A stretch of DNA of 64,000 bases. Source: Octopus sinensis (taxonomy: Eukaryota). The DNA is taken from assembly GCF_006345805.1 (NCBI RefSeq), contig NC_043026.1:310001-374000 (forward strand), in the 5' to 3' direction. A program made the translations under genes and the position numbers. This document shows, one piece after another, positions 13,381 through 28,243 of this stretch. The notes beneath the pieces were generated by a model. The model was not told the origin of the DNA. It worked only from the letters and a program-made list of their open reading frames with translations, and made no database searches. Numbering within the stretch: position 1 is the first letter of the stretch; every line of letters starts with the position of its first letter.

Positions 13381-13819
13381 TGGGAAAAAAAAGGAAAAAA
13401 AAATTCTTTACAACACTACTTCGTCAACCTAGTAAATAAATTCTAGAAATCAAATATATTACAAACATAATTGAATTGATCTAAAAGCCGGTTAATCATT
13501 ATAACGATTATGAAGACAATAATGTGTTGCGCACTCGCGCGTTTGTGCATGCATAAACATACATACCTCATCAATTGGAAGATTGTTCCAGAAATTTAGG
13601 AAAGGATGTCGGAAGAAGTTAGGACAAAAGGTACCATTGCATTTGTCCACATTCCAGGTTGAAGGAAGTCCTATATTCAGGAATGAATTATAGACTTTCG
13701 AACCAGCTCCCTTTGATATGGCATATACTTCGATCCATTTGCTATCTGAAATAATAATTATAACAACAATAGTAATAATAATGATGATAGAGGTATCAGC
13801 ACCTAGCTATCAACACGGT

Positions 13820-14008
13820 TAAAAAAGATTGGTGCACGTGTGAAGGTGGAACACCTTCAAAGAATAAGCATTGCTTGGAACTGTAAGAATTCTTTGCAGA
13901 GTTCTTGAAGCATGGCCAGTAAATAAGCGTCACCTTAGTCTGCTAAGCTGTGGACAGCTGACACGTTCCATCATAACCAGCAAAATAAGTTGTGAGATTT
14001 CATATAAT
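13820..14008 (+). mobile_element. Old R4/Dong-type LINE 3' remnant ending in the (AAC/AAT)n tract (also ~24325-24500 +, ~34920-35105 +, ~44110-44295 -, ~54910-55095 -)
   Basis: Encodes ...[13 protein letters not shown], similar to the C-terminus of the young element (VLMGTAHILRKIL), followed by a short UTR and an AAT tail. Confidence 0.6.
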
Positions 14009-14009
14009 A

Positions 14010-14014
14010 AGAAT

Positions 14015-14058
<44 letters not shown>

Positions 14059-14140
14059 AAACAACAACAAAAACAACAACAATAACAATAACAATAATAA
14101 TAATAATAATAATAATAAGTATAATAATGATAATAATAAT
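14010..14140. repeat. (AAC)n(AAT)n compound microsatellite in intron 1 (all copies)
   Basis: Read directly from the sequence. Confidence 0.95.
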
Positions 14141-15429
14141 AAATACCCTGATGCTGTACCTGACAGTAGCTCTCATGGCTTCTGATCTTAAGTGATTGGA
14201 AGTGTTATCTTACGAATAGCAAAGGACCACGTTTCGGACTTCTCCCACTACTGGGACGAAGACCGCTTCGCTCAACAAACAAACAAACAAACAGCAACAA
14301 CAATATTAATATTGATTTCAAATTTTGGCACAAGGCCAGCAAATTATTGGAGAGAAAAGTAAATCGATTTCATTGACCTCACTCTTCAACTGGTACCGCA
14401 AAAAGCAAAATAAAGGAACAAAACAAAACAGTAATAATAAAGAAGATTCACTTACTTCTATAGAAGGAAATCTCGTTCTTGTTATTCGTACTGACGACTG
14501 TCATTATATTTTTCGGTGAGTAATTCTTACAAGCATGGCTGACTTTGTTGTAAGTGAAAAATTGCGATTGGCTCCTCTGAGCGAGCGCGGTGCAGTCGAG
14601 TAGGTTTCGTGTTGAGGAGAATTGTTCTGTTGGAGGTGTCCCAATATAACCATAGGAATAACCAGTTCCCAAACGTTTGTAGTAGCCATCAAGTTCCTGA
14701 TCTGAGGTAACAACCAGAATTGTTGTAAGGGTTAACAGCAGCACTGCCATTGCAGCTGGACGAGTAAAAGCTGACTGGAACATTCTTGACTCTATGATTG
14801 CTAAACTTAGACAGAAGCGGGAAAGAAATGGCATGAAAAAGAGAAGGAATGAGGTGGGGTGAAATATGAAGAGATTCAGCAATGAGACAAAATGAATTTT
14901 AATAAAGAGAGAACGGGGAAGAGAAAGACAAGGAGAGAAGAAAAAAGTTAGAGAGTAACAGAGAGAAATCCTGAAAAAGAAGAGAGAGATACAATGAGAA
15001 GATGGAAAGTGTTTGTGTGTGAGAGGAAGGTTGTTCGGAAGAGAAAACGCAAAAGGAATAACATATAATTTAGAATAAAAAATTTAAAATATATTACGGT
15101 TATTGGTAAAGACGCAGGTCCTGGAGAAGATTTTAAGTTGTATTCGGGGAAGATTTTAAGTTGTATTACGGGGCCCTGGTTTGATATATCCAGGGTTTTC
15201 AAGAATTGGTAGTAATTCTAGGGCCTTCATTCATGACCATTAATAACTGGGACTATAGAATATAGGTTCAGGCACAGCTGTAAGATTAAGGAGCTCTCTT
15301 GGTAATCACATGCTTCCCGGTTCAATCCCACTGAGCGGCTACTTGTGCAAGTGTCTTCTAGTATTGGCCCGGCCAACCAATGCCTAGAGAGGGAATCTGG
15401 TAGCCGGAAAGTATGTGGAAGGCCTTTGC

Positions 15430-15501
<72 letters not shown>

Positions 15502-16715
15502 GTCTGTCTGTCTGCTTGCCTGCCTGTCTGTCTGTCTGTCTGTATGTATGTATATATATACATACATACATACATACATACATACATAGACACACACATA
15601 TATATATATATATATATAGCTAGTTAGCTAGCTGTGAGAGAGAACGAAACGAGGGAAACAGTGTGTGTGTGAGAGAGAGAGAGAGCGTTTACTCGATACA
15701 ACAATTGAAAGAGCGCAAGATTCGCGTTTGCATGCGCAATCACCCTTACCTCAACTGTTGTCACACACCCACACGCTCTAATATTAACTCCAACATATCC
15801 TAGCCATAACACATACCCAAACACATAAAATGCAATGTGATAGAAAGCACACTTACTTTCAGTGAGGTAGGGCGGAGAGCGTATACTTCAGGTGGTTCTG
15901 TAAGGTCTTCTTGTAAGGAAGGTTCGTGAATGTCACGCCTTTATCACTGTTTCCCTTACTGTCTTCTCCCGTCAATATTACCCTCTATTACCCACAGCTG
16001 TGTCTTCAGATGTCTGAACACTTCGTAACCGTCAGTACTGGCCACTGCTTTCTCTCCTAATTTCTCTTATCAGTATTACTTACAGACTTAGACCTGTCCA
16101 TAAATAATCAAACCGTATAGACTGTCCATAAATGAGCAAAAGACAGAACCATCAACTCAGTTCAAGACTGTTTACTAATATGACTGTTTCTCCACAGAAG
16201 TGAAAATAAACCAGATTTTCCAATATGTACCCTTTGATTGCTATGAAGAATAAAAGGGCCTTCAATAGAGACATGCGTTTCACTAAGCTCGCAGAAAATA
16301 CGGCGGTGTGGTTACTGACGTCGTTCCAATGTTAGCAGTAAGGCTGTTGCGCTGTTTGTGATAGTGACGTTGTAGTTTTAATACCTGGTGATAGCGTGAT
16401 GTGATGTTGGTGTTTCTGTGAGTGGAGATATAAAAGCAGAACAATTGAGGTCGCTATACCGAAGACTTTCATTATAGGAAATCATTGAAATCAATCACCG
16501 TGGATGATGGAACAAGCACCTAGTCCTGACCTGTGTACACTCTTAATTTCAACCATTGATAGTTGATGTGTTAATAGATAATTTTCTTCATTTCATGACA
16601 AATAAACACGCCAACAGTTACAGACATCGAAGCATAACACGAACAGTTCACACCAGTTTCACTCTGCATGTTTTTACATGTATCTTAGGAATTAACGGTG
16701 CTTTGTTATAAGGTA

Positions 16716-16789
<74 letters not shown>

Positions 16790-16820
16790 TGCTTTATCAA
16801 TCAATCTATCTATCTATCTC

Positions 16821-16882
<62 letters not shown>

Positions 16883-16946
16883 CATTGCTTTATCAATCTA
16901 TCTACTATCTATCTATCTCCCTACCTTTCTATCTATCTATCAATCA

Positions 16947-17015
<69 letters not shown>

Positions 17016-17020
17016 CTATC
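16716..17020. repeat. (TATC)n microsatellite (also ~4663, 6018, 12735, 27200, 38992, 51455, 56030, 62378)
   Basis: Read directly from the sequence; length varies between copies. Confidence 0.95.
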
Positions 17021-17022
17021 TA

Positions 17023-17763
17023 TGTGTGGGTGGCTGATTATGGGCGTGCATTGTCTTACAACAATAGACATCGGCGTTAGTTACGAATTGCTGGTTTCCC
17101 CTTGTTAACCAACATTTCACTGTAGACCCCTTTTAAGGGACAATGTTGCAATAAAGAACCTTTTGCATCCCCCAAAACGCTTAGCATTACATTTTTCTGC
17201 CGAAGGTTGAATCTTGAATTTCTTTTCCACTGGTGATTCGTTTCGTTTCCGCTTCATACTAAACCTTTTCGATTCTGGCTCAAAGTTATGGGCCCCGATT
17301 TCATCAATCGTGTCTACTCTCACTCAAAACAACTTTAACTTCATCGCTGAAGCGTTCGAGTTAGAATTGACAAAAATCCACACGATTGCGCTTATACACA
17401 TCGAAAAGCTCTCTTGGCACCTTTCTCGTATTAACTCCGCAGAACCGAAGTTTGTCGTGGATACAGAATCATAATAATTTGCAGAGAATAAGCCATCTCA
17501 TCAATGGGAAATCGTAAATTGTTGAATCTCCACGTCACCGGTGACGGTTAATGTGTGTCCTTATCACTCCTCGTATTTCACGCTTGTCCGGCCATTTAAA
17601 ACATCTCGCTCTTCTCGTAAATACTTCTACGCAGTAGAGCGCTGTTCCTTAATTGTATTGAAAGCCTGCAAAGAATTGCAGCCGCTGACACACATTAAGA
17701 TTAGAGAGGCAATTTCACTGATCCATATTTTACCTTGATGCACACTTCCAGTAGAGCTGCCAC
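17023..17763 (-). mobile_element. Mariner fragment (unit copy)
   Basis: ORF track MRVDTIDEIGAHNFEPESKRFSM...KKFKIQPSAEK. Confidence 0.8.
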
Positions 17764-18736
17764 GTTTGTTCTGTAACACAAGAATGGAAACTGGAGACAG
17801 ATCAACGTGAAACGTCGGTCATGAAATCAGAAGAGTACCACCCTTTAACACGCCACTGATGAAACTAGAGCGACTAACCGAAAGACTATTTCGGCGAAAC
17901 GCCGGATATTGTTTCACTTTCGTTTGTATAATTAGTATCATTGTTCTGATCTATTTGATTTGCTGAAAGCTTTCCCCCACATCCTCTTTCTCTACTACCC
18001 ACAAGGGGTTAAACACAGAAGAGACAAACAAGGACAGACAAACGGATTAAGTCGATTATATCGACCCCAGTGCGTAACTTGTACTTAATTTGTCGACCCT
18101 GAAAGGATAAAAGGCAAAGTGGGCCTCGGCGGAATTTGAACTCAGAACGTAGCAGCAGACGAAATACCTATTTCTCAACTACACACAAGGGGCTAAACAC
18201 AGAGGGGACAAACAAGGACAGACAAATGGATTGAGTCGATTATATCGACCCCAGTGCATAACTGGTACTTATTTAATCGACCCAGAAAGGATGAAAGGTA
18301 AAGTCGACCTCGGCGGAATTTGAACTCAGAAAGTAGCGGCAGACGAAATACTGCTAAGCATTTCGCCCGGCGTGCTAACGTTTCTGCCAGCTTTCCCCAA
18401 CATCACAGAGATAAAACCTCATTTATCTACACACACGCACAACGCATGCACGTACGCATGTGCGCGCATGCACGTGTATACGCGCACGCTCGCACACACA
18501 CATACACACACATCTCTTTTACATATTGTCTGGACAGTCGTGAACTGGAACAACAACAACAGCTCTCAGAAAGAGAGAAAGAGAATCACAACTCAAAAGA
18601 CCGATGTTGGATACAATATTTATATGGATTCTTTATTAACAGGTAAAACGTGACTTATGTGGATCACCAGTGGTGGTCAACTGGATTGTATGGACGTTAA
18701 CAACATCAATAGTATCAATGGGTATCATGTGCTGGG

Positions 18737-18792
18737 TTAGTTCTGCTGCCTCAGGCGGATGAATATGGCCATGGAGTCTGCTAATGCATAAC
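18737..18792 (-). CDS. Copy B exon 5
   Basis: 56 nt ending in TAA. Confidence 0.83.
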
Positions 18793-21700
18793 CTGCAAGT
18801 AACAAATAACAACATCAACAACAAAAAGACATTCAAATATATCGTGGGAGGGCTTTATACGTGGTCACTCGAATTACTAGAAATGGCAGCCGAATCTCTG
18901 CATCGTTTTGTAGGTCGGTCACTGATGGAACGCCTTTGAATATAAATCAGTTGAATCAAGGCTGATTGGCCGCTAAACAATAAGTACAAAATTAACATTT
19001 AGTACTACTACTCACAGTAAGACAAACGCACACACACACAGAAGATACAATATCACTTACCGTTGTTCCATATGACTTTCGATTTTGTATCAGAATAACG
19101 AAATATAGGGTAGTGATCTGACATTTCCCACTGACAGTAAAGTGGTCCCTCATTGATGGTCAACCAGCCTCTGTCCCCTTCACAAAAACCATGTATTGTT
19201 ATATGGAAGCGACGTGCAAGTCTAAGGAGAAAAAGAAAAAAAAAACTTGTTTGTGTTTCAGAATATGAAAATCTAAACATCTATTAAATAGACTAGTATG
19301 TCCGCTACACGCAATTGAATTAGTCAGTGCTTAATTAAAAAGAGCCACCTGTGTACCATACTAAATGTGTATACACACAAAGATGTGGGTTTAAACACTC
19401 ACACACATTAAAACACACATATGCACTGACACACGCACACACACACGTACGCACACAAACACGCAGAAATGCGCAAATGTCAATACACCAACAAAGGCGA
19501 AATTACACACGAGGCATACACTTTCGTACAAAAATAAATAAATCCACAAACGGCCACAAACATACGAGCGATAACATTTTCCTGTATTAAACATCTTATC
19601 AAAGCGCTAAATAAATATAAAACGAATTCTAGTCAAAAGAAATATTATAACGGAACATAAAAATATCTAAACACAACGCATACAAATAAATATAATTATG
19701 GTAAAGTGGCTGTGTGGTAAGTAGCTTGCTTACCAACCACATGCTTCCGGGTTCAGTCCTACTGCGTAGCACCTTGGGTAAGTGTCTTCTACTATAGCCT
19801 CGGGCCGACCAAAGCCTTGTGAGTGGATTTGGTAGACGGAAACTGAAAGAAGCCCGTCATATATATGTAAATATATATGTGTGTGCGTGTGTGTATATGT
19901 GTGTGTATGTGTATGTGCGTGTGTGTGTGTGTGTATGTGTGTGTTAGTGTGTGTGTGTGTGTGTGTGCTTGTCGCCCCAACATCCCTTCACAACCGTAAC
20001 TTAGCGGTTCGGCAAAAGACACCGATCGAATAAGTACTACGCTTACAATAAATAAGTCCTGTGGTCGATTTGCTCGACTAAAGGCAGTGCTCCAGCATGG
20101 CCACAGTCAAATGACTGAAACAAATAAATGAGCACATTAAGGTGAAAATATATTTTCGTGTTTCCCACTTTGAAACATGCTTCTTGATGTGAAATCCAGG
20201 AAACTGAGCTGTTTGTCACGGGAAAACATTTAATTTAAAAGTGTGTTGTTAAAAATACGGAAATATATTAGCAATAGAGAAATAACCTTTTCCAGCGGCG
20301 GTGGAATTGCTAGGAGGAATTACAACCGTGTTTCGTGGTCTGATACCACAACACCTCCTATGTAGGATCCATTAGCTCAAGACATCATCAGGAGGAACCA
20401 CGTCCGGTTTCGGCCCCTACTCCTCTACCGTTTTGACGTGGGGGGATGCCCCTAGCCCTTTCGGGGATGTCTTCAGCTCTGGTGTTGTGTGCATGTCTTC
20501 TTTCTTCTGTTCCCGGGCCTCTTCGATGTATCGTCAGCGCGTGTCAGACGGTGACCGACAGACTTGTCAAAATTCTCCCTTTAAATACCTGCCACGAGAC
20601 TCCAGCAGGCAGCCGCAGCAAGTTGTCACGTGACCCTGTCTCACCTTAACTGAGTAGTGAAGGCGCGTAGTTTTAGCCCGCGCATTCTCTAAAGGACCGT
20701 CACCTGTCAGTCAGCGAAGCTGATTCAGTGTCAGCTTGTCTCACCAAGTGATATTATATCCGGCCGGCATGTTATGACTTTCAATACATTTTCGGGCTTC
20801 CCGCTGTACGTATTCCTGTTTCTTTCAAAACTTCAATATGAAGTAGTCATTGACATCCGCATGCGCAGACCTATTTAGCCTCGGTATAGAAAAACAGTGA
20901 TTAACAAATCACCAGCGTTGCTGTTAGTCAAGAGGCAGAATATATTTCATTATTACGGACGGAAGCAGTATTAGTTCAAATTTGCATTCTGTATATTATA
21001 ATAAATGAGGATATAATGTTGAAAGCCTGGAGATGCGTTGTTCATCACCAGAAAGTGTCGCGTCAAAATGTATAGTGTTAAAATTTATCTATAGCGTACG
21101 TAAAGTGACATTTTTTAACAATATAGGTCTCTACATAACAAAATAAAAGAAGATGAAATATATATTTGCATACCTAAATCCCTCAATTGAGAATTGAACT
21201 CCAGTGGCTGAAGCTAGGTCGTTCAACGGTGAAGTTTTCAACTTTTCGTGAGAGAACCAGCTTTGAAGGTTTGTATTTCGTCCATCAAATATTATAGTTA
21301 CCACATCTGTTTTGTTTTTATAAATCACCACTTTCACCTGTAAAATAAATGAGCATGTAGCACACACATACAACCACATACGCTTACAACCACGCACGCA
21401 CATACACACATAATAAAAAGAAATGGTCAAGTTAAATAGATCGAGGTAATTCAATATGTATTTCCTTCACTGTTAGCTTAATGTCCACTCTCATTTTTAC
21501 TTCGTAATTCTCTTGACCGAAATTAATCTGTTTAACATGCGAAATTAATGACTTTGATTGGTCACTGGCTCCATACGTATGTTTTTTTTTCCTGCCTTTA
21601 ACCCTCCATCGCTGAGTATAGGCCACTTAGAGTTGAATTCCATGTCGCATAATTTTTCACTTCTGTACATATACTCTTCTATGAATGTCCCCCTTTCTCT

Positions 21701-23280
21701 AGTTCCTTCTGTTGATCTACGCCATGAGTTCTTAGGCCTACCATACTTTCTATATCCAGCCGGATTACACTGTAAAGCACTTTTCGCTATATTTGGTGTG
21801 TCTTTTATAATTGTGCTACGAATCCACTTCTACTTTTTCTTAAATATTTGCTCCCTAATCGAAACTTGATTTGTTCTTTGCCATAGCTCCATATTGCTTA
21901 TGTGTTCGGGTCATCTAATTTTAAGTATACTACGCAAGCATCTGTTGATGAATGATTGTATTTGCTGATTTGACGTATCTTCCTATTTCAAAATGAATCA
22001 TATAATATAATTAATTACACTTCACTCATATGCTACCATGATACTATCTGGTATATATCACTTAACCTTCAATACAGTATGACCTCACGAACTGGAAGTG
22101 TTACGTAAACTTGTTATTTCATAGTATTACTTAAGATCTCGTGTTATTGCTTGCCGAGTTGTATGACACAATGTATTAATAATTTTCTGCAATACCCAAA
22201 TAATACATTCGCTTTTATCTCCTTTACATGGGGATACACCCCATCCCACAAGCACATACACAGACAAACAAACACACACACAAACTAATGAATATGCATA
22301 CATATATACATGGTGGCTGCCCCCTTGTTATCGAGTATGGCCATTGCACGAAGCTTAATCAATGTTGTTATCGTGCAATGCCTGTGCAAGAAGATTTTTT
22401 ATTAAGTGAGGAAGGGCTCTGCACTGAGTCAACCCCACTCACTAAGCAACAGCAGCCATAATCCGAAAAGAAGAACAAGTCAACATCATCGGTAACCACT
22501 GAGCAGCAGTTTTACATCGGAGTTATCCCAGTTACCTGAGCTACCTTCTCCTAGAAGGATGCTTTAACTAAGGCTAGAAGTCCTTCACTCCCAATGGTTT
22601 AACCGCGTGATCGGGTATTCAGTCCGATTATTTCTATGTCCCCGCGCATGATACATCCTTAATACATTTATTCAATGGCCATTGACTCTCAAGAGTTCCT
22701 CCGCCCTTTGACGGGTTTTGTTTTTCATCCCGCAGTGTGTCGAATAAACACCCTCCTCACCAAGCAAGCTTGGTGGGGTTGCCGGTTTACTCGCCGACGG
22801 CCCGACAATGCAACAGGTTGTACTCGGTTACATGTTACCAGTAGCACTCGAAAGTGACCTGACATACATACATACATACATACATAAATACAAACGTACA
22901 CACATGCATATATTCATACAAACGTACACACATGCATACACACACATATATGTATATATATATGCATACACATATATGCATACACACATACATACATGTA
23001 TGCATATATACATACGTATGTGTATACACATGCACACTAACGCACGCACATGCGCACAAACAAGCAGAAGGAACGCAGCCCTGATAACGGACAGGCTCAA
23101 TGACTTTTGAAAGACGTAACGAAAATTTTAGAAAAAATAAGTAAATGAGTGGAAATCGAACCGGTGCGTGTGTTAACTAATAAGGCACTAAAAAGAGAAT
23201 GACTCTCCCCACATACAATAAACTGTGCTTTAACACACGAATTCACATAAAGAATAACCAAATACAAAAACCATATCTAC

Positions 23281-23330
<50 letters not shown>

Positions 23331-24554
23331 GTCTGTCTGTCTATTTATCTATCTATCTATCTGTCTATCTATCTATCTATCTTTCTCAATCTCTCCAACA
23401 AGGGAGAGTCTTTCGTTCATGATAAATATTCTTATTACTGCGGTTTGCCGCAGATAAGATTCTTTACAACGGCGAGCTGGCAGAAACGTTAGCACGCCGG
23501 GAGAAATGCTTAGCTGTATTTCGTCTGCGTTACGTTGTGAGTTCAAATTCCGCCGAGGTCGACTTTGCCTTTCATTCTTTCGGGGTCGATAAATTAAGTA
23601 CCAGTTACGCACTGGGGTCGATGTAATCGACTTAATACCTATGTCGGTCCTTGTTTGTCCTCTCGGTGTTTAGCCCCTTGTGGGTAATAAAGAAATACGT
23701 ATTTCGTATGTGGTTACGTTCCGAGTTCAAATATCGCCGAGGTCCACTTTGCCTTTCATCTTTTCGGGGTCAGTAAATTAAGTACCAGTTATGCACCGGG
23801 GTCAACGTAATCGACTTAATCCGTTTGTCTGTCCTTGTTTGTCCCCTCTGTGTTTAGCCCCTTGTGGGTAGTAAATGGGAAAAAAAAGGAAAAAAAAATT
23901 CCTTACAACAATACTTCGTCAACCTAATAAATAATTTCTAGAAATCAAATATATTACAAACATAATTGAATTGATCTAAAAGCCGGTTAATCATTATAAC
24001 GATTATGAAGACAATGATGTGTTTCGCACTCGCGCGTTTGTGCATGCATAGACATACATACCTCATCAATTGGAAGATTGTTCCAGAAATTTAGGAAAGG
24101 ATGTCGGAAGAAGTTAGGACAAAAGGTACCATTGCATTTGTCCACATTCCAGGTTGAAGGATGTCCTATATTCAGGAATGAATTATAGACTTTCGAACCA
24201 GCTCCCTTTGATATGGCATATACTTTGATCCATTTGCTATCTGAAATAATAATTATAACAACAATAGTAATAATAATGATGATAGAGGTATCGACACCTA
24301 GCTATCAGCACGGCTAAAAAAGATTGGTGCACGTGTGAAGGTGGAACACCTCCAAAGAATAAGCATTGCTTGGAACTGTAAGAATTCTTTGCAGAGTTCT
24401 TGAAGCATGGCCAGTAAATAAGCGTCACCTTAGTCTGCTAAGCTGTGGACAGCTGACACGTTCCATCATAACCAGCAAAATAAGTTGTGAGATTTCATAT
24501 AATAATAATAACAACAACAACAACAACAACAACAATAACAACAATAATAATAAT

Positions 24555-24616
<62 letters not shown>

Positions 24617-25241
24617 TGATAATAATAATAAATACCCTGATGCAGTACCTGACAGTGGCTCTCATGGCTTCTGATCTTAAGTGATTGGAAGGGTTATCTT
24701 ACGAATAGCAAAGGACCACGTTTCGGACTTCTCCCACTACTGAGACGAAGATCGCTTCGCTCAACAAACAAACAAACAAAACACAACAACAATATTAATA
24801 TTGATTTCAAATTTTGGCACAAGGCCAGCAAATTATTGGAGAGAAAATTAAGTCGATTTCATTGACCTCACTCTTCAACTGGTACCGCAAAAAGCAAAAT
24901 AAAAAAGAACAAAAGAAAACAGTAATAATAAAGAAGATTCACTTACTTCTATAGAAGGAAATCTCGTTCTTGTTATTCGTGCTGACGACTGTCATTATAT
25001 TTTTCGGTGAGTAATTCTTACAAGCATGGCTGACTTTGTTGTAAGTGAAAAATTGCGATTGGCTCCTCTGAGCGAGCGCGGTGCAGTCGAGTAGGTTTCG
25101 TGTTGAGAAGAATTGTTCTGTTGGAGGTGTCCCAATATAACCATAGGAATAACCAGGTCCCAAACGTTTGTAGTAGCCATCAAGTTCCTGATCTGAGGTA
25201 ACAACCAGAATTGTTGTAAGGGTTAACAGCAGCACTGCCAT
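18737..25241 (-). CDS. Gene copy B (intact): exons 25241-24947, 24240-24062, 21337-21174, 19221-19061, 18792-18737
   Basis: Same exon lengths as copy D (295/179/164/161/56 nt), all GT-AG, no stop or frameshift; AATAAA on the minus strand at 18637-18632. Confidence 0.87.
19061..19221 (-). CDS. Copy B exon 4
   Basis: 161 nt; [15 protein letters not shown] variant. Confidence 0.85.
21174..21337 (-). CDS. Copy B exon 3
   Basis: 164 nt, open; VKVV and KTSPL variants. Confidence 0.85.
24062..24240 (-). CDS. Copy B exon 2
   Basis: 179 nt, open, AG/GT intact. Confidence 0.85.
24947..25241 (-). CDS. Copy B exon 1
   Basis: Homologous to D exon 1, donor intact. Confidence 0.85.
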
Positions 25242-25897
25242 TGCAGCTGGACGAGTAAAAGCTGACTGGAACATTCTTGACTCTATGATTGCTAAACTTA
25301 GACAGAAGCGGGAAAGAAATGGCATGAAAAAGAGAAGGAATGAGGTGGGGTGAAATATGAAGAGATTCAGCAATGAGACAAAATGAATTTTAATAAAGAG
25401 AGAACGGGGAAGAGAAAGACAAGGAGAGAAGAAAAAAGTTAGAGAGTAACAGAGAGAAATCCTGAAAAAGAAGAGAGAGATACAATGAGAAGATGGAAAG
25501 TGTTTGTGTGTGAGAGGAAGGTTGTTCGGAAGAGAAAACGCAAAAGGAATAACATATAATTTAGAATAAAAAATTTAAAATATATTACGGTTATTGGTAA
25601 AGACGCAGGTCCTGGGGAAGATTTTAAGTTGTATTACGGGGCCCTGGTTTGAGATATCCAGGGTTTTCAAGAATTGGTAGTAATTCTAGGGCCTTCATTC
25701 ATGACCATTAATAACTGGGACTATAGAATATAGGTTCAGGCACAGCTGTAAGATTAAGGAGCTCTCTTGGTAATCACATGCTTCCCGGTTCAATCCCACT
25801 GAGCGGCTACTTGTGCAAGTGTCTTCTAGTATTGGCCCGGCCAACCAATGCCTAGAGAGGGAATCTGGTAGCCGGAAAGTATGTGGAAGGCCTTTGC

Positions 25898-25981
<84 letters not shown>

Positions 25982-27199
25982 GTCTGTCTGTCTGCTTGCC
26001 TGCCTGTCTGTCTGTCTGTCTGTATGTATGTATATATATACATACATACATACATACATACATACATACATAGACACACACATATATATATATATATATA
26101 TAGCTAGTTAGCTAGCTGTGAGAGAGAACGAAACGAGGGAAACAGTGTGTGTGTGAGAGAGAGAGAGAGCGTTTACTCGATACAACAATTGAAAGAGCGC
26201 AAGATTCGCGTTTGCATGCGCAATCACCCTTACCTCAACTGTTGTCACACACCCACACGCTCTAATATTAACTCCAACATATCCTAGCCATAACACATAC
26301 CCAAACACATAAAATGCAATGTGATAGAAAGCACACTTACTTTCAGTGAGGTAGGGCGGAGAGCGTATACTTCAGGTGGTTCTGTAAGGACTTCTTGTAA
26401 GGAAGGTTCGTGAATGTCACGCCTTTATCACTGTTTCCCTTACTGTCTTCTCCCGTCAATATTACCCTCTATTACCCACAGTTGTGTCTTCAGATGTCTG
26501 AACACTTCGTAACCGTCAGTACTGGCCACTGCTTTCTCTCCTCATTTCTCTTATCAGTATTACTTACAGACTTAGACCTGTCCATAAATAATCAAACCGT
26601 ATAGACTGTCCATAAATGAGCAAAAGACAGAACCATCAACTCAGTTCAAGACTGTTTACTAATATGACTGTTTCTCCACAGAAGTGAAAATAAACCAGAT
26701 TTTCCAATATGTACCCTTTGATTGCTATGAAGAATAAAAGGGCCTTCAATAGAGACATGCGTTTCACTAAGCTCGCAGAAAATACGGCGGTGTGGTTACT
26801 GACGTCGTTCCAATGTTAGCAGTAAGGCTGTTGCGCTGTTTGTGATAGTGACGTTGTAGTTTTAATACCTGGTGATAGCGTGATGTGATGTTGGTGTTTC
26901 TGTGAGTGGAGATATAAAAGCAGAACAGTTGAGGTCGCTATACCGAAGACTTTCATTATAGGAAATCATTGAAATCAATCACCGTGGATGATGGAACAAG
27001 CACCTAGTCCTGACCTGTGTACACTCTTAATTTCAACCATTGATAGTTGATGTGTTAATAGATAATTTTCTTCATTTCATGACAAATAAACACGCCAACA
27101 GTTACAGACATCGAAGCATAACACGAACAGTTCACACCAGTTTCACTCTGCATGTTTTTACATGTATCTTAGGAATTAACGGTGCTTTGTTATAAGGTA

Positions 27200-27293
<94 letters not shown>

Positions 27294-27418
27294 TGCTTTA
27301 TCAATCAATCTATCTATCTATCTCTCTATCTATCTATCTATCTATCTATCTATCCATTGCTTTATCAATCTATCTACTATCTATCTATCTCCCTACCTTT
27401 CTATCTATCTATCAATCA

Positions 27419-27495
<77 letters not shown>

Positions 27496-27502
27496 CTATC
27501 TA

Positions 27503-28243
27503 TGTGTGGGTGGCTGATTATGGGCGTGCATTGTCTTACAACAATAGACATCGGCGTTAGTTACGAATTGCTGGTTTCCCTTTGTTAACCAACATTTCAC
27601 TGTAGACCCCTTTTAAGGGACAATGTTGCAATAAAGAACCTTTTGCATCCCCCAAAACGCTTAGCATTACATTTTTCTGCCGAAGGTTGAATCTTGAATT
27701 TCTTTTCCACTGGTGATTCGTTTCGTTTCCGCTTCATACTAAACCTTTTCGATTCTGGCTCAAAGTTATGGGCCCCGATTTCATCAATCGTGTCTACTCT
27801 CACTCAAAACAACTTTAACTTCATCGCTGAAGCGTTCGAGTTAGAATTGACAAAAATCCACACGATTGCGCTTATACACATCGAAAAGCTCTCTTGGCAC
27901 CTTTCTCGTATTAACTCCGCAGAACCGAAGTTTGTCGTGGATACAGAATCATAATAATTTGCAGAGAATAAGCCATCTCATCAATGGGAAATCGTAAATT
28001 GTTGAATCTCCACGTCACCGGTGACGGTTAATGTGTGTCCTTATCACTCCTCGTATTTCACGCTTGTCCGGCCATTTAAAACATCTCGCTCTTCTCGTAA
28101 ATACTTCTACGCAGTAGAGCGCTGTTCCTTAATTGTATTGAAAGCCTGCGAAGAATTGCAGCCGCTGACACACATTAAGATTAGAGAGGCAATTTCACTG
28201 ATCCATATTTTACCTTGATGCACACTTCCAGTAGAGCTGCCAC
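27503..28243 (-). mobile_element. Mariner fragment (unit copy)
   Basis: Near-identical to 17023-17763. Confidence 0.8.

Larger units (their letters stand above)
8113..14750 (-). pseudogene. Gene copy A: exons 14750-14456, 13745-13567, 10789-10626, 8614-8454, 8168-8113; exon-4 donor GT mutated to AT (pseudogene or C-terminally truncated variant)
   Basis: Exons are open. The exon 4/intron 4 boundary reads AACAACA|ATAAGTG instead of AACAACG|GTAAGTG seen in the other copies; read-through gives WNNNK* at 8446-8448. Confidence 0.75.

Noticed and set aside
17214-17474. 86-aa ORF MNFFSTGDSF... in several units
   Set aside because: It is antisense to the mariner transposase fossil.
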